Source: Bacteroidota bacterium (GTDB taxonomy: Bacteria > Bacteroidota > Bacteroidia > Chitinophagales > Saprospiraceae). Taken from it: a stretch of 45,856 bases of DNA. The stretch covers positions 1 through 45,856 of the forward strand of contig JBCBVN010000001.1 in assembly GCA_039817625.1 (NCBI GenBank), written 5' to 3'. Under the pieces are notes generated by a model. The model saw only the letters and a list, made by a program, of their open reading frames with translations, was not told where the DNA came from and searched no databases. The translations under genes were made by a program, and so were the position numbers. Of this stretch, positions 35,632 to 45,856 are shown one piece after another. The stretch's first letter is position 1. Each line of letters begins with the position of its first letter.

Positions 35632-36855
35632 TTATTCAGATCCTAGCGGGACAGTCACTTTGGCAACTTTAAACTGTAGCAGCAGCTCTGGCGCTACTTC
35701 GTCTGATTGGAAGAGCTTGTCGCCGATCAGTTCGGTATTGTTTTCGTCTATAGGCTTCAATACGACTTCATAACCCTCCAACTCTCCACCATTGAAATCA
35801 ATCACGGTGCCGGCGTAATCCCAGCCGAAGCCTGCGAAGGTGACAGGGGCTCCATTAATGGCTTGCAGGCCTGCCAAATCAAGTCCGGGCAGCAGTTGAT
35901 AGACCACAGGCTCGTAGTATTCTGCATCTTCACTTTCGAAGGAAACGGCAGCGACTGTACCACTCTCATTGAGGCTTATACTCACTTGCTGAGGACTGCC
36001 CGAAAACACTTCATAACCCGACTCAAACTCTCCTTCTCCCAGGTGAATCTGTATCTCTTTTACGGCATCGCCATAGTAGCTGCGCAGGTTTTCTGGCGTA
36101 TCGCCGGGGCGTATTTGATCGAAGTGGTGTCCGGCGAGGAAGGTGCCTATTTTAACAGGATTGGTGGTGTTGGTAATCGACATTTCGGATACTACGATGG
36201 GGACATCCTTTAGTATCGGATCGTCAGAACTCAATTGTACCTCACCCATGATATCTATTGGCAGATCCATGGATTCCTCCTCATCGTAAACGATATCTAG
36301 CCGCAATCCGGCATCCAATATATTTCCCTGGTTGAATTCTGAGATAAAACCGCCGTAATCCCAGGCAAAACCAGAGAAATTGACCGGCGCACCATTGATG
36401 CGGACAAGCTCTTCCAGGGGCATACCCACATAAATACCTTCGGCACTCTTCCAATTGCCCGCCGATCTGATTACCGACATGACTTCGTCATAACCCGTTG
36501 ATGATTCAGGCTCCAGAACCTCTAGTTCGTTGGGTGTGTCGGCAAATACGCGGTACCCGGCAACTACGACTCCATCGGGGAAATAGAGGGAGTCCGGTTC
36601 TACATTTTCTCCGTAAAGAGCTGTCAGACTGGCAACTAGATTCGATGGGTCAATGCCGGTTATCCCATTGGTGAAAGAGAAGGAAAGCGGACTGTCATTC
36701 TCTATGTCAGCTACCTGGTCGGTTGTGTGCTGAGTGGTCGTGTCTTCATTTTGGACTTCCGCAGGTCGGTCATTCTCCACCTCTGCCGAGGGTCCGCAGG
36801 CCTGCCAACTGAGGCACAAAATTAGTATGGTGATATAGGTCTGGATTCGGTGCAT
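35632..36855 (-). CDS. Acidic lipoprotein with two tandem homologous domains
   Basis: Lipobox WQAC; duplicated INGAPVxFxGFxWDYxG motif. Confidence 0.75.
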   Translation of the reverse strand: MHRIQTYITILILCLSWQACGPSAEVENDRPAEVQNEDTTTQHTTDQVADIENDSPLSFSFTNGITGIDPSNLVASLTALYGENVEPDSLYFPDGVVVAGYRVFADTPNELEVLEPESSTGYDEVMSVIRSAGNWKSAEGIYVGMPLEELVRINGAPVNFSGFAWDYGGFISEFNQGNILDAGLRLDIVYDEEESMDLPIDIMGEVQLSSDDPILKDVPIVVSEMSITNTTNPVKIGTFLAGHHFDQIRPGDTPENLRSYYGDAVKEIQIHLGEGEFESGYEVFSGSPQQVSISLNESGTVAAVSFESEDAEYYEPVVYQLLPGLDLAGLQAINGAPVTFAGFGWDYAGTVIDFNGGELEGYEVVLKPIDENNTELIGDKLFQSDEVAPELLLQFKVAKVTVPLGSE

Positions 36856-36894
36856 AATGGGTTCTGTTTTATCGGATGAAACTACAATTCATCC

Positions 36895-36965
36895 CATAAA
36901 AATAAAGAACCCGTGTACACTTATTTCAATCCGCATGTCTGGATCAAAATAAGCCTACACGGGTT
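36895..36965 (-). terminator. Long hairpin terminator after prc
   Basis: AACCCGTGTA (36908-17) / TACACGGGTT (36956-65) with inner CTTATTT/AAATAAG pairing; T-rich tail on the minus strand. Confidence 0.7.
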
Positions 36966-36990
36966 AGTGCTAGCCTGGGTTTATACTTAC

Positions 36991-39111
36991 TTAATCTTGC
37001 AGCTCGATCAAGTCCTTGATTATATTAATGGACTCTTCGATATAGACGTCCCGGCTTACCTTATCGATAAAATCTTCGTTTCGCGCTATGCGAGATTCGT
37101 CGACTTCAATGCTGGCCATATCCTCTTCCAGATTGTAGACACCTGCGTTGACAATTGCTTCGAATAACTCATCATACTGTTCGGCTTCCTGGCGGCGGGC
37201 CTGGTCCTCAGCTACATAAGTATCGTATTCCAAGGGATAGCTGTCGCGGTCGCGCAAACGCTTAATCCGTCTTGCATTCGCATCTATCTGAGCGAAGATG
37301 TCGCTGTTGGATAGTCTTTGCTCTGAGCGTCGGCGCAGTTCGTTCATCGTCCGTGTACTGATGCGGAAAACGTCTTGTTCGTAATCGGCGGCATCAATCT
37401 CTGTCCAGTCCAAGGGGTTGGCTTGGCGTTGCTCACCAGATTCCAGGTAAGAGTACGCATCAGGTAGTACAATATCGCTGCTTACGCCCCTCAGCTGAGT
37501 AGAACCGCCATTGATGCGGTAAAACTTCTGTGTGGTTAGCTTCATGCTGCCGAGTGGCTTGACATCTGCATGGCCAGGGAGTGCGCGATCCAGATCGATA
37601 AACCGCTGTACGGTTCCTTTGCCAAAAGTTTGCTCAGATCCTACAATTACGGCTCTTTGATAGTCTTGCATAGCAGCGGCAAGTATTTCTGATGCCGAGG
37701 CAGAACTCTGGTTGACCATCACGACCAATGGGCCATCGTATTGAACGCTTTCGTCGCTATCGTCTTGCTTTCGGGTCCGACCACCCCGTCCTTCAACCTG
37801 AACGATGGGCCCTTGTGGAATGAAGAAGCCAGACATATCAATAACATCAGACAGAGATCCTCCGCCGTTATTGCGTAGATCCAGAATGATACCGTCTACG
37901 CCTGCCGTCTTTAGTTTATCTAGCTCACGAGCTACATCGATGGCACTGAATCGACCATTTTCATCCTGGAAATCAGCATAGAATGATGGTAGCCATATAT
38001 ATCCTATTTGCTGCCCTTCTTCGTCAGCAGGTATGACCAGGCTGCGGGCAAAACGCTCATCGAGTACCACCACGTCTCTGACGATACTGATCTGCTGGAC
38101 TTCGCCTTCTGGTTTTTTGATGGTAAGATGCACGGTCGTTCCCTTCGGACCTCTTATCATACCGACTACATCGTCTAGTACCATGCCTTTTACGTCTACG
38201 GCCTCTTCATCACCTTCTTGTCTGACAGCCATGATGAGATCGTCTTCCTCTAGTTCTTTGCCACTCCAGGCCGGGCCACCGACTACAATCATAGTCACCT
38301 TGGTATAATCGTCTTCAATTGTGAGTGTAGCACCGATACCCTCCAGGCGACCGCGAAACCTGATGTCAAAATTTTCTCTGTCCCGAGGTGCAAAGTAGGA
38401 GGTGTGAGGATCGTGGGCAGTAGTCATTGAGTTTATGTACCTACTGATCATCTGGTCGCGGGTTGTGCGGCCCATACGCTCAAACCAGTCATTGAAGTTC
38501 TCGAGGATTTTTCCTCTATACTCTTCTTCCAACTCCTCGAAGCTGGGCATCTCCAATCCGGTGGTGTCCTGTCGGATTTGTTCTTGCCTGTTGACTATGC
38601 GGTTCAATAGATCCCGCTCAATGTACTGGCGCCAGTAATTCTGCAGCGCTTCTTCATCGGCATTCCATCCGTCTTCATCGTCTAATCTGACAAATGATTC
38701 TGTATCGTTGAGATTGAGCGGTTGCGACAGAATTTCCGTGTACCATGCCTGCGCACGCTCTCGGGTGGCTGCCCATTGACTAGTCACATCTACAAAAAAC
38801 TTGAAATCCCCAGCTTTAGCCTGGTCATCTATCTCGTATCGGAAAACTTCCAACTGATCAATTTCTTCTTGTGTAAAGAACAGTCTGCCTCCATCGATGT
38901 CATTTAGAAAGGCCTCAAACACACCAGAGGACAACTCGTCGTCGACCTCTGAAGGCGAATAGTGGTATCGCGCGAGACTTTGCACGATGGTCTGCATTAA
39001 CACGGTTTCCTTGTCCAGATTAGTAAGTCTGGGATAAACGGTCATGGCCGCTAAGCCAACTGCAAGGCAACAGGTAAGTAAAATGGAATACTTCCGATTC
39101 ATAGGATTCAT
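36991..39111 (-). CDS. prc: Carboxy-terminal processing (tail-specific) protease, S41A
   Basis: DPHTSY, PDZ EGIGA, LDLRNNGGG, SASASEI, TFGKGTVQ, KFYRINGGSTQ. Confidence 0.93.
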   Translation of the reverse strand: MNPMNRKYSILLTCCLAVGLAAMTVYPRLTNLDKETVLMQTIVQSLARYHYSPSEVDDELSSGVFEAFLNDIDGGRLFFTQEEIDQLEVFRYEIDDQAKAGDFKFFVDVTSQWAATRERAQAWYTEILSQPLNLNDTESFVRLDDEDGWNADEEALQNYWRQYIERDLLNRIVNRQEQIRQDTTGLEMPSFEELEEEYRGKILENFNDWFERMGRTTRDQMISRYINSMTTAHDPHTSYFAPRDRENFDIRFRGRLEGIGATLTIEDDYTKVTMIVVGGPAWSGKELEEDDLIMAVRQEGDEEAVDVKGMVLDDVVGMIRGPKGTTVHLTIKKPEGEVQQISIVRDVVVLDERFARSLVIPADEEGQQIGYIWLPSFYADFQDENGRFSAIDVARELDKLKTAGVDGIILDLRNNGGGSLSDVIDMSGFFIPQGPIVQVEGRGGRTRKQDDSDESVQYDGPLVVMVNQSSASASEILAAAMQDYQRAVIVGSEQTFGKGTVQRFIDLDRALPGHADVKPLGSMKLTTQKFYRINGGSTQLRGVSSDIVLPDAYSYLESGEQRQANPLDWTEIDAADYEQDVFRISTRTMNELRRRSEQRLSNSDIFAQIDANARRIKRLRDRDSYPLEYDTYVAEDQARRQEAEQYDELFEAIVNAGVYNLEEDMASIEVDESRIARNEDFIDKVSRDVYIEESINIIKDLIELQD

Positions 39112-39279
39112 ATCAAAAATTCGAACTGGGATACTAATATAAGGCCGAAGGACCTGGATTTAGTATAGTATACCACCTAAAGACATAAATAGCGAATGTT
39201 TGGTTGTGTTAGGGAAGTGCATTGTAGAGGGAGATGTCGTCTGGTGATCTCAAAAAGAGAAATATTTTTTGATAAATAT

Positions 39280-39310
39280 TGAACAATATTCACCCAATGA
39301 ACATTGTTCA
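39280..39310. promoter_or_regulatory. Tandem TetR operator palindromes TGAACAnnnTTCA
   Basis: TGAACAATATTCA (39280-92) and TGAACATTGTTCA (39298-310) directly upstream of ATG 39317. Confidence 0.75.
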
Positions 39311-39316
39311 GTAATC

Positions 39317-39976
39317 ATGGGCGTACAAGAACGCAAAATGCGGGAAAGAGAGGCACTCAGAGAACACTTTATCTCTGTGGCTTTGGACTTGTTCAGTAAA
39401 GGGGGCTACGAAGCAGTAAAAATGCGTGATGTAGCCGAGGCTGCTGAATACAGTGTTGGAACGCTTTACAATCAGTTCAAGGATAAGAACGAGCTCTTCC
39501 TGGCCGTGCAGCAACTGGCGTTTGAGCAAAAGAAGTCCTTCATGGAATCGGCTATCAAACCGGGGATGAGTGGCCGGGAAATGATGCTGGCTATAGGTAA
39601 GGCTTTTATAGAGTTTGGACTGAAAAATCCTGACCTCTATCGAGTTATGTTCATCTTGGATAGCCCAATGCAGGCCGTTCAGGACCATGAGAGTTGGCAT
39701 ACGGGCATTCGACTGCATGGAGTGTTATCTCAGGTGGTAGATTACTGTATGGAAGTTGGGGCGCTACCCAGAGTAAACAAGCTGCAGATTAGCTTTGGCA
39801 TGTGGGCTATGGTGCATGGTATGGTTTCTCTGCGGATCACTGATCGCCTCTCTATTTACGAGGGCGAGCATTTGGAAGAGTACAGTCGGGTCGATGACCC
39901 AGACGAGCTCATCATGCAGACCCTGCACATGATGTGCGACCTCATTTTTGGGCCAGAAGAAACGGCAAGAAATTAA
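39317..39976 (+). CDS. TetR/AcrR-family regulator
   Basis: MGVQERKMRE, HTH MRDVAEAAEYSVGTLYNQFKDKNEL, C-terminal WAMVHG; start reassigned to ATG 39317. Confidence 0.93.
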   Translation: MGVQERKMREREALREHFISVALDLFSKGGYEAVKMRDVAEAAEYSVGTLYNQFKDKNELFLAVQQLAFEQKKSFMESAIKPGMSGREMMLAIGKAFIEFGLKNPDLYRVMFILDSPMQAVQDHESWHTGIRLHGVLSQVVDYCMEVGALPRVNKLQISFGMWAMVHGMVSLRITDRLSIYEGEHLEEYSRVDDPDELIMQTLHMMCDLIFGPEETARN

Positions 39977-39991
39977 AAAATTTAATCATCA

Positions 39992-41377
39992 ATGAACACC
40001 GTTCAAATATTGTACATAGTTCTATTCGCTTGCCTTAGTGGCGGGTGGTTAGCGGCTCAGTCGTCAAACAGCGGAGAGAATACCGGTACGGGTTTTGGGG
40101 ACTATATCGAGTTGCTATTAGATCAAAATCCGGAGATTCAGGCAGCAAAGGTCGATCGGGAAATTGCAGAACAAGCCCTGGCAGCAGCCGGTCTTGAGCG
40201 ACGACCTACGGTAGATTTGGTTGGCGATTACACAGTAGCTATCGGTGGTCGATCATTGATTTTTCCTGTTGGTGATTTGTTGAATCCAGCCTATGGTGCT
40301 CTGAATCAGCTCACAGGAATGGAGCAATTTCCTACCGACATCGAAAACGTTGACGAGCTCTTTGCCCCCAATAATTTTTACGATTTGCGAATGGAAGCCC
40401 GGTTGCCATTAATCGCTCCGGCTATACGTCAGCAGGAGCTATTGAGAGAATCTGAGCTCAATGGTAGCCTGGCGGCCATAGCTGTGGAGGAGCTCGGTGC
40501 TAAGACTCGCTTGCGCAGTCTGTACTTCGGCTACTTGCGCACTTTTGCTGGCGAGCAAGTCATTGATAGTAGCCGCCTGGTCCTTCAGGAGCTTTTGCGG
40601 GTAAACCAGAGCCTGGTGCGCAATGAAGTAGCGACCTCAGATGTAGTTTATCAAACGGAAGCTGAGATTGCAGGACTTAATGGTCAGCTGGCTTCTTTAT
40701 TGGCTCAACGCAATACCGCACAAGCAGCTGTAAATCGATTGCTGAATCGCAATCTGGGATCTGATCTAAGATCTGATTTCGCACCAGGAGATTTTGATAC
40801 AGTTTTGATGGTTCAAAATTTGCCCACGCTACTCGAGCAAGCACAGCAAAGACCCGAGATGGACCAGATCGATGCGGGTTTGAATACGCTTTCAGCTCTA
40901 GATCAACTACAGGCCGCAGAGGGTAAGCCCAATTTAGGCATCGGCGTTTTGGCAGGTTCTCAAGGGTTCGTGGGAACAGACTATGGAGACGACCCATATG
41001 CCATCGCAGCTTTGAATCTGACCTGGAATTTATACGATGGCAACAGAAGGAATACCCAAAGGCAAATCACTCGACTCAGACGTGAAGCTCAAGCTAGCAG
41101 AAGGAACGGTGTGGCCAGAGACTTAGAATTACAGATCTATTCAACGTACCAAAATCGCCTAGCGGCAAAAGCCAGGTTGCAGGCTGCGAATTCTGCTCGC
41201 AGGTCTGCCCTGAGATCATTAGAACTTATTGAATCCAGATACAGAAATGAGCAAGCTATTCTGGTAGAATATTTGGATGCACGCAATCGGTGGACACGCT
41301 CAGAACTGGAGTATGTAGACGCTTATTACGAATTGCTCATTGCTCACTACGAATTATTGGCTGCCATTGGTAGCTAA
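39992..41377 (+). CDS. TolC-family outer membrane efflux protein
   Basis: Signal peptide, NPEI, RPEM, LTWNLYDG, RYRNEQAILVEYLDA repeats; operon context. Confidence 0.9.
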   Translation: MNTVQILYIVLFACLSGGWLAAQSSNSGENTGTGFGDYIELLLDQNPEIQAAKVDREIAEQALAAAGLERRPTVDLVGDYTVAIGGRSLIFPVGDLLNPAYGALNQLTGMEQFPTDIENVDELFAPNNFYDLRMEARLPLIAPAIRQQELLRESELNGSLAAIAVEELGAKTRLRSLYFGYLRTFAGEQVIDSSRLVLQELLRVNQSLVRNEVATSDVVYQTEAEIAGLNGQLASLLAQRNTAQAAVNRLLNRNLGSDLRSDFAPGDFDTVLMVQNLPTLLEQAQQRPEMDQIDAGLNTLSALDQLQAAEGKPNLGIGVLAGSQGFVGTDYGDDPYAIAALNLTWNLYDGNRRNTQRQITRLRREAQASRRNGVARDLELQIYSTYQNRLAAKARLQAANSARRSALRSLELIESRYRNEQAILVEYLDARNRWTRSELEYVDAYYELLIAHYELLAAIGS

Positions 41378-41398
41378 TTCACCTCAAAAAATCAAGTC

Positions 41399-42445
41399 AT
41401 GAGATTAGCTATGCTTCTTCTCTTTATTTCGCTTCTTTCTTGCCGTGAGGAATACCCCGGCCAGTTCATTGACCCCGATGAACAGAAAGATTCAGCTGTA
41501 CCGGTGAGGGTGATCACGCCATCGGCCAGCGAAGAACCATTTCCCATCATTGCCGGTGGTACTGTTGGTGCTAAACAAGAGGCCAACCTGTCATTCAAGA
41601 TAGGCGGTCTCGTCGATCGAACCTATGTGCGCGAAGGACAAAGTGTGCGGGCAGGTCAGTTGCTAGCCAAATTGAAATCTACAGAGATTGACGCCCAGGT
41701 GGCCCAAGCTCAAGAAGCAGTAAATAAAGCAGAGCGCGATCTGGAACGCGTACAAAGGTTGTTAGCAGATAGTGCAGCTACCCGTACTCAAGTACAGGAT
41801 CTGGAAACGGCGCTCACGGTGGCTCAACGCGACCTGGAGATTGCCGGATTCAATCAGCAGTATGCTCAGATTTATGCACCAAATAATGGGCGCGTACTCC
41901 GAAAATTTGCAGAAGCGGGTGAGCTTGTTGGGCCGGGAAGTCCGATATATCGCATCGCCAGCGAAGGGCGAAATGAGTTTGTTCTGCGGGTTGGACTGTC
42001 TGACCGAGACTACGTGAATATCGCCCTGGGGGATGCAGCCGAGCTTAGACTGGATGCATATCCCGATCAGGTGTTTGAGGCTCAGGTTAGCGAATTATCT
42101 GCAGCTGCAGATCCACGAACGGGAACTTTCCAGGTCGAACTGACCATAAATCCGGCCGGGCAGCTTATCCGCAATGGTTTTGTCGGTCGAATTCGATTGT
42201 TCCCCAGTCAGGAACCTCCTTATGCCAAGTTGCCCATTGAATCTATGGTGGAGGGCAATGGTCGCTCGGTAGAAGTATTCACGATCGATGAAAATGGCCT
42301 GGCCAGAAGACACCAGCTTATGTTCGGGCGCCTGGGCGATGACTACTTCACCGTGTCACTCGATCAGCTCGAAGGCGTAGAGCAAATTGTCACTGAAGGA
42401 GCAGCTTTCCTTCAAGATGGTAACCAAGTAAAGATTTTGCCATGA
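41399..42445 (+). CDS. RND efflux periplasmic adaptor subunit
   Basis: Lipobox LLSC, LSFKIGG..V.EGQ.V..GQLLA, IYAP..G, ADPRTGTF. Confidence 0.93.
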   Translation: MRLAMLLLFISLLSCREEYPGQFIDPDEQKDSAVPVRVITPSASEEPFPIIAGGTVGAKQEANLSFKIGGLVDRTYVREGQSVRAGQLLAKLKSTEIDAQVAQAQEAVNKAERDLERVQRLLADSAATRTQVQDLETALTVAQRDLEIAGFNQQYAQIYAPNNGRVLRKFAEAGELVGPGSPIYRIASEGRNEFVLRVGLSDRDYVNIALGDAAELRLDAYPDQVFEAQVSELSAAADPRTGTFQVELTINPAGQLIRNGFVGRIRLFPSQEPPYAKLPIESMVEGNGRSVEVFTIDENGLARRHQLMFGRLGDDYFTVSLDQLEGVEQIVTEGAAFLQDGNQVKILP

Positions 42446-45400
42446 TACTTCCCAATTGGGCAGTTCGCAACGGGGCATTTGTTCTCGTTGCTGTATTACT
42501 GCTTACACTTATAGGAGCGATTTCTTACAGATCTATGCCGAGGTCGGAAGACCCTAGTATTAACCTTCCGATCTATGTTATTACGGTCGTATACCCGGGT
42601 ACGAGCCCAGCCGATATGGAAGATCTGATCGTAGATCCCATTGAAGATGTAGTCGAAGAGATGGATGACGTCGAGAATGTCATTACCAGCATCAGCGAGG
42701 GACTGGCAGTTATCCGTGTTGAGGCAGACTTCGGTACGCCAGATTGGGATGACAAGTACGATGAAATTCTGCGGGAGATGAATGCGCTTAGACCTGAATT
42801 ACCTCAAGGAATAGCCATCTTCAACGTAGAACAATTTAAGCAGGAAGACCGCGCTGTAGTCCATATGCTGGCACTGACTTCACCCAATCTGCCGTTTCGC
42901 TTGATGGAGTCCGAAGCTGAGCGCATCAAAGATCTGGTACTGGATGTAGATGGGGTTAAGTCTATTGATGTGGAAGCTTTCCCGGAGCGCCAGGTACAGA
43001 TATCGCTTGACTTCCAACGATGCCAGGCATTGCACATTCCACCTGCTCAGATTATCGGGGTCTTAGAACAAACCAATGCCAATGTTCCAGGTGGCGAGCT
43101 ATCTGCCGGACAACAGAACTTCAGCATTAAAACCAGTGGTGGCTTTGAAACCCTGGATGAATTACGGACCACCGTAGTAGGCGGAGCCAATGGGCAACTG
43201 GTTTACTTGCAGGATGTGGCTGACGTCAGTTTTGGCTATGAAGACGAGCGGTATATGGCCAGGTACCAGGGTGAACGAGCCATTCTGCTATCTATCAAGA
43301 TTGAAAATACGAGCAACATTATCGACGTCAATGCTGGGATACATGCTCAGTTGGATGAGGCGCGTACCACGCTACCTCCCAACGCCTCTTTGTATACAGC
43401 TTTTGAACAAGCCCCTGCAGTCAGTATGCGCATCAGTGATTTCTTTGGCAATTTAGGGCAAGGTGTCCTGCTTGTCGGCGTGATCATTTTATTCTTCCTG
43501 GGCCTGCGTTCGGCTGTCATCGTCATGATTGTCATTCCACTCTGTATACTGATCACCTTGTCGTTGCTCAACGGCCTGGGATTTGCCATACAGCAGATTA
43601 CCATCGCCTCATTAGTCATTGGCCTGGGACTTCTGGTGGATAACGGTATTGTGGTTATAGAAAATATAAACAGATATCTGGCAGAGGGCTATAGCCGTGT
43701 CGACGCAGCTGTCAAGGGGACTTCAGAGGTAGGTTGGGCCATCGTCAGCTCCACAGTCACTACCGTCCTGGCATTTTTTCCCCTCACTCAGCTGGGTGAA
43801 GGGGCTGGAGAATATCTCATTTCTCTTCCGGTTACGGTCATGTTGGCCCTGATCGTTTCGCTACTGCTTGCACTTAGCTTATCTCCTTTGGCGGCATCTG
43901 CCTTTTTACGCTTTCGAGCGGATAGGCCCAAGCCATTGCCCCAGCGTGTACTAGATCGTTTTGTTGAGCGCGTATATCGACCAGTACTCGACTTTAGCCT
44001 CAGAAAAGGATTATTGATCGTAGGTATAGCCGTCGCTTTACTCGTCGGGGCGGGTTCACTATTCCCTAGTATCGGAGTTAGCTTCTTTCCGACGGCAGAT
44101 AAATCGATGCTGTTGATTGATGTGAGGACTTCCGCAGGTGGGAGCCTTGATCGCACAGACCGGGCCGTTCGATACGTAGAATCCATATTGGACACCATGG
44201 AATATGTTAAAGATTATACATCCAATGTCGGTCACGGCAATCCGATGGTTTATTACAATCGCTTCCCCAAGTCTTTCGATAAGACCTATGGGCAGTTATT
44301 GGTCAATTTCACGCATTGGGATCCTTTCGAATTCTACGGCACCTTATCAGAGCTTCGCAATGTATTCGCCGAATATGCAGATGCAGAGATCAGATTCAAA
44401 GAATTGAAAAATGGCGCACCTGTAGAGGCGCCCATAGAGTTCAGACTCAAAGGACCAGATCAGCTTGTACTGAGCCAGCTTTGCGATTCTGTAGAGGCTA
44501 TATTGGAGGCTACTCCAGGCTTAATCAATATTGAGAACGAGCTCAGAGACACTAAAACAGACCTGAGCGTAGTGCTCGATCGAAATAAGGCAGGTCTTAT
44601 CGGACTGAGTACACTGGACTTCGATCAGGTCGTATTGGCCAGTCTCAATGGGTTTACTTTCGATCGTATGCAACATCAGAATGGGGAAGATTACCCACTG
44701 AACATTCGAATTGCTTATGATGATGCTCAGCCCGGTATCGAAGACTTTGAGCGCGTATATTTCACCACTCAAACAGGTGCTCAGGTACCCTTGAAGCAGG
44801 TGGCTAATCTGGAGCTCGATGCGCAACTGGCCGAAATTATTCATTACAATTACGACCGAATTGCACCTGTAAAGGCCGATGTAGTAGATGCTGATCAAAC
44901 GGTTCAGACTACCATTGGCATTATTGAGCAAGTTGAGCAGATCAACTGGCCGGAGGGTTATTCTTATGAGGTCGGCGGTGAGTATGAGGAACAGCAATCA
45001 ACCTTTGGCTCTTTGGGCATCATTCTGGGACTGGCTATGCTAGCCATCTTTGCTGTATTGGTATTGCAATTCCGTTCTATGATTCAGCCACTGGTCGTTT
45101 TCTCTGCCATCCCGCTGGCGGTTACGGGCAGCTTTTTCGCTCTTTGGCTGACTGACTGGTCATTTAGCTTTTTCGCCTTTATTGGATTTATCTCGCTGGT
45201 CGGAATCGTCGTCAACAATAGTATTATTCTAGTTGACTTTATCAATCAGCTTCGCGCTGAAGGTAAGTCCAAAGCGGAATCCATTCGTTTGGCTGCCGAG
45301 CGTAGGTTCACACCCATCGTACTTACCACGCTAACGACCATACTGGGCTTACTTCCGCTAACAGCTCAGGCTACTTCTCTATGGTCACCCCTGGGCTGGA

Positions 45401-45486
45401 CCATTATCGGGGGCATGATCAGCTCTACATTGCTTACTCTACTGGTTGTACCTATTTTATACGGCTGGATGGTTCGAGAGGGCTAA
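42442..45486 (+). CDS. RND efflux permease (AcrB/AcrD/AcrF family)
   Basis: 1014 aa, YPGTSP..E, GLLVDNGIVVIENI, GIVVNNSII, RFTPIVLT. Confidence 0.95.
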   Translation: MILPNWAVRNGAFVLVAVLLLTLIGAISYRSMPRSEDPSINLPIYVITVVYPGTSPADMEDLIVDPIEDVVEEMDDVENVITSISEGLAVIRVEADFGTPDWDDKYDEILREMNALRPELPQGIAIFNVEQFKQEDRAVVHMLALTSPNLPFRLMESEAERIKDLVLDVDGVKSIDVEAFPERQVQISLDFQRCQALHIPPAQIIGVLEQTNANVPGGELSAGQQNFSIKTSGGFETLDELRTTVVGGANGQLVYLQDVADVSFGYEDERYMARYQGERAILLSIKIENTSNIIDVNAGIHAQLDEARTTLPPNASLYTAFEQAPAVSMRISDFFGNLGQGVLLVGVIILFFLGLRSAVIVMIVIPLCILITLSLLNGLGFAIQQITIASLVIGLGLLVDNGIVVIENINRYLAEGYSRVDAAVKGTSEVGWAIVSSTVTTVLAFFPLTQLGEGAGEYLISLPVTVMLALIVSLLLALSLSPLAASAFLRFRADRPKPLPQRVLDRFVERVYRPVLDFSLRKGLLIVGIAVALLVGAGSLFPSIGVSFFPTADKSMLLIDVRTSAGGSLDRTDRAVRYVESILDTMEYVKDYTSNVGHGNPMVYYNRFPKSFDKTYGQLLVNFTHWDPFEFYGTLSELRNVFAEYADAEIRFKELKNGAPVEAPIEFRLKGPDQLVLSQLCDSVEAILEATPGLINIENELRDTKTDLSVVLDRNKAGLIGLSTLDFDQVVLASLNGFTFDRMQHQNGEDYPLNIRIAYDDAQPGIEDFERVYFTTQTGAQVPLKQVANLELDAQLAEIIHYNYDRIAPVKADVVDADQTVQTTIGIIEQVEQINWPEGYSYEVGGEYEEQQSTFGSLGIILGLAMLAIFAVLVLQFRSMIQPLVVFSAIPLAVTGSFFALWLTDWSFSFFAFIGFISLVGIVVNNSIILVDFINQLRAEGKSKAESIRLAAERRFTPIVLTTLTTILGLLPLTAQATSLWSPLGWTIIGGMISSTLLTLLVVPILYGWMVREG

Positions 45487-45856
45487 GCGAGTAATTTAAG
45501 ATGGCCGGTATGGTGTCTACTATGCCAGCTATATAGAGCTACTACCTCAAATAGAGGCTGCTTCCGTCCGTATTCAGGATGGAAGTAGCCCCTATTGGTC
45601 CAATCGTCAGTTGAAAGATGACTCAGTAAATGCGACCACCTTTTGTGCAGTCCTGTCAAGATAGAAAGCGAAAATTCTATTTCCAGGGTGTGGTCTATTT
45701 GAGATGCCCATTCTCCCTGGCGGTATGGTAATATTTCTGGCCAATCTTCGGTGGTGGCGAGTTTGCACCTGATAAAAGCATTGATGTGGCTATCGGCCAG
45801 ATGATGAATGAGTTGGCGTCCAGTCCATCCGCCTTCTCTGTAGGGTGTTTTCAGCC
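45483..45856 (-). CDS. YfiT/BstA-family (DinB-fold) bacillithiol transferase, 5' end outside window
   Basis: Not in ORF track; hand translation LKTPYREGGWTGRQLIHHLADSHINAFIRCKLATTED...LHKRW...HPE...YSWHSRHHTGHL*; stop overlaps the RND stop. Confidence 0.88.
   Translation of the reverse strand, partial: LKTPYREGGWTGRQLIHHLADSHINAFIRCKLATTEDWPEILPYRQGEWASQIDHTLEIEFSLSILTGLHKRWSHLLSHLSTDDWTNRGYFHPEYGRKQPLFEVVALYSWHSRHHTGHLKLLA

Noticed and set aside
39269-39316. TTG-start extension of TetR
   Set aside because: This stretch is the operator pair; MGVQERK at 39317 is the typical start
43620-45240. RND proton-relay variants (DN for DD in TM4, N for K in TM10)
   Set aside because: Common in many non-AcrB RND subfamilies; not evidence of inactivation

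Overview
Chromosomal window from a Bacteroidota bacterium. Support: TAnnTTTG -7 promoter boxes, A-rich start contexts without Shine-Dalgarno sites, a T9SS C-terminal sorting domain, TonB/TBDR genes and a eukaryotic-type citrate synthase. Saprospirales is only a guess. Most genes are housekeeping or envelope genes: a YpdA-like reductase (partial), MFS, citrate synthase, gcvH, two TonB paralogs, rhomboid, rpmE2, lnt, Omp85, GGGP synthase, tRNA-Leu(GAG), M1 peptidase, trmB, parE, glmM, prc, a TetR-TolC-MFP-RND efflux operon and a YfiT/BstA-like gene (partial). Four things stand out. (1) A stand-alone Y1 HUH transposase without TnpB, bracketed by two 122-bp direct repeats that differ at one base. 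Each repeat is a nested set of GC-rich hairpins with CTAC...GTAG inverted ends, i.e. a REP/RAYT-like unit. (2) A BlaI repressor, a BlaR1-type M56 protease whose sensor is ~14 ankyrin repeats with a conserved acidic ladder, and a TonB-dependent receptor, with three visible operator palindromes over the promoter. (3) An HTH regulator divergent from a T9SS cargo protein that carries an apparently non-cleaving S74 chaperone domain and a structured leader. (4) Several readable operator pairs and near-leaderless promoters. All calls come from motifs read by eye; no searches were run.
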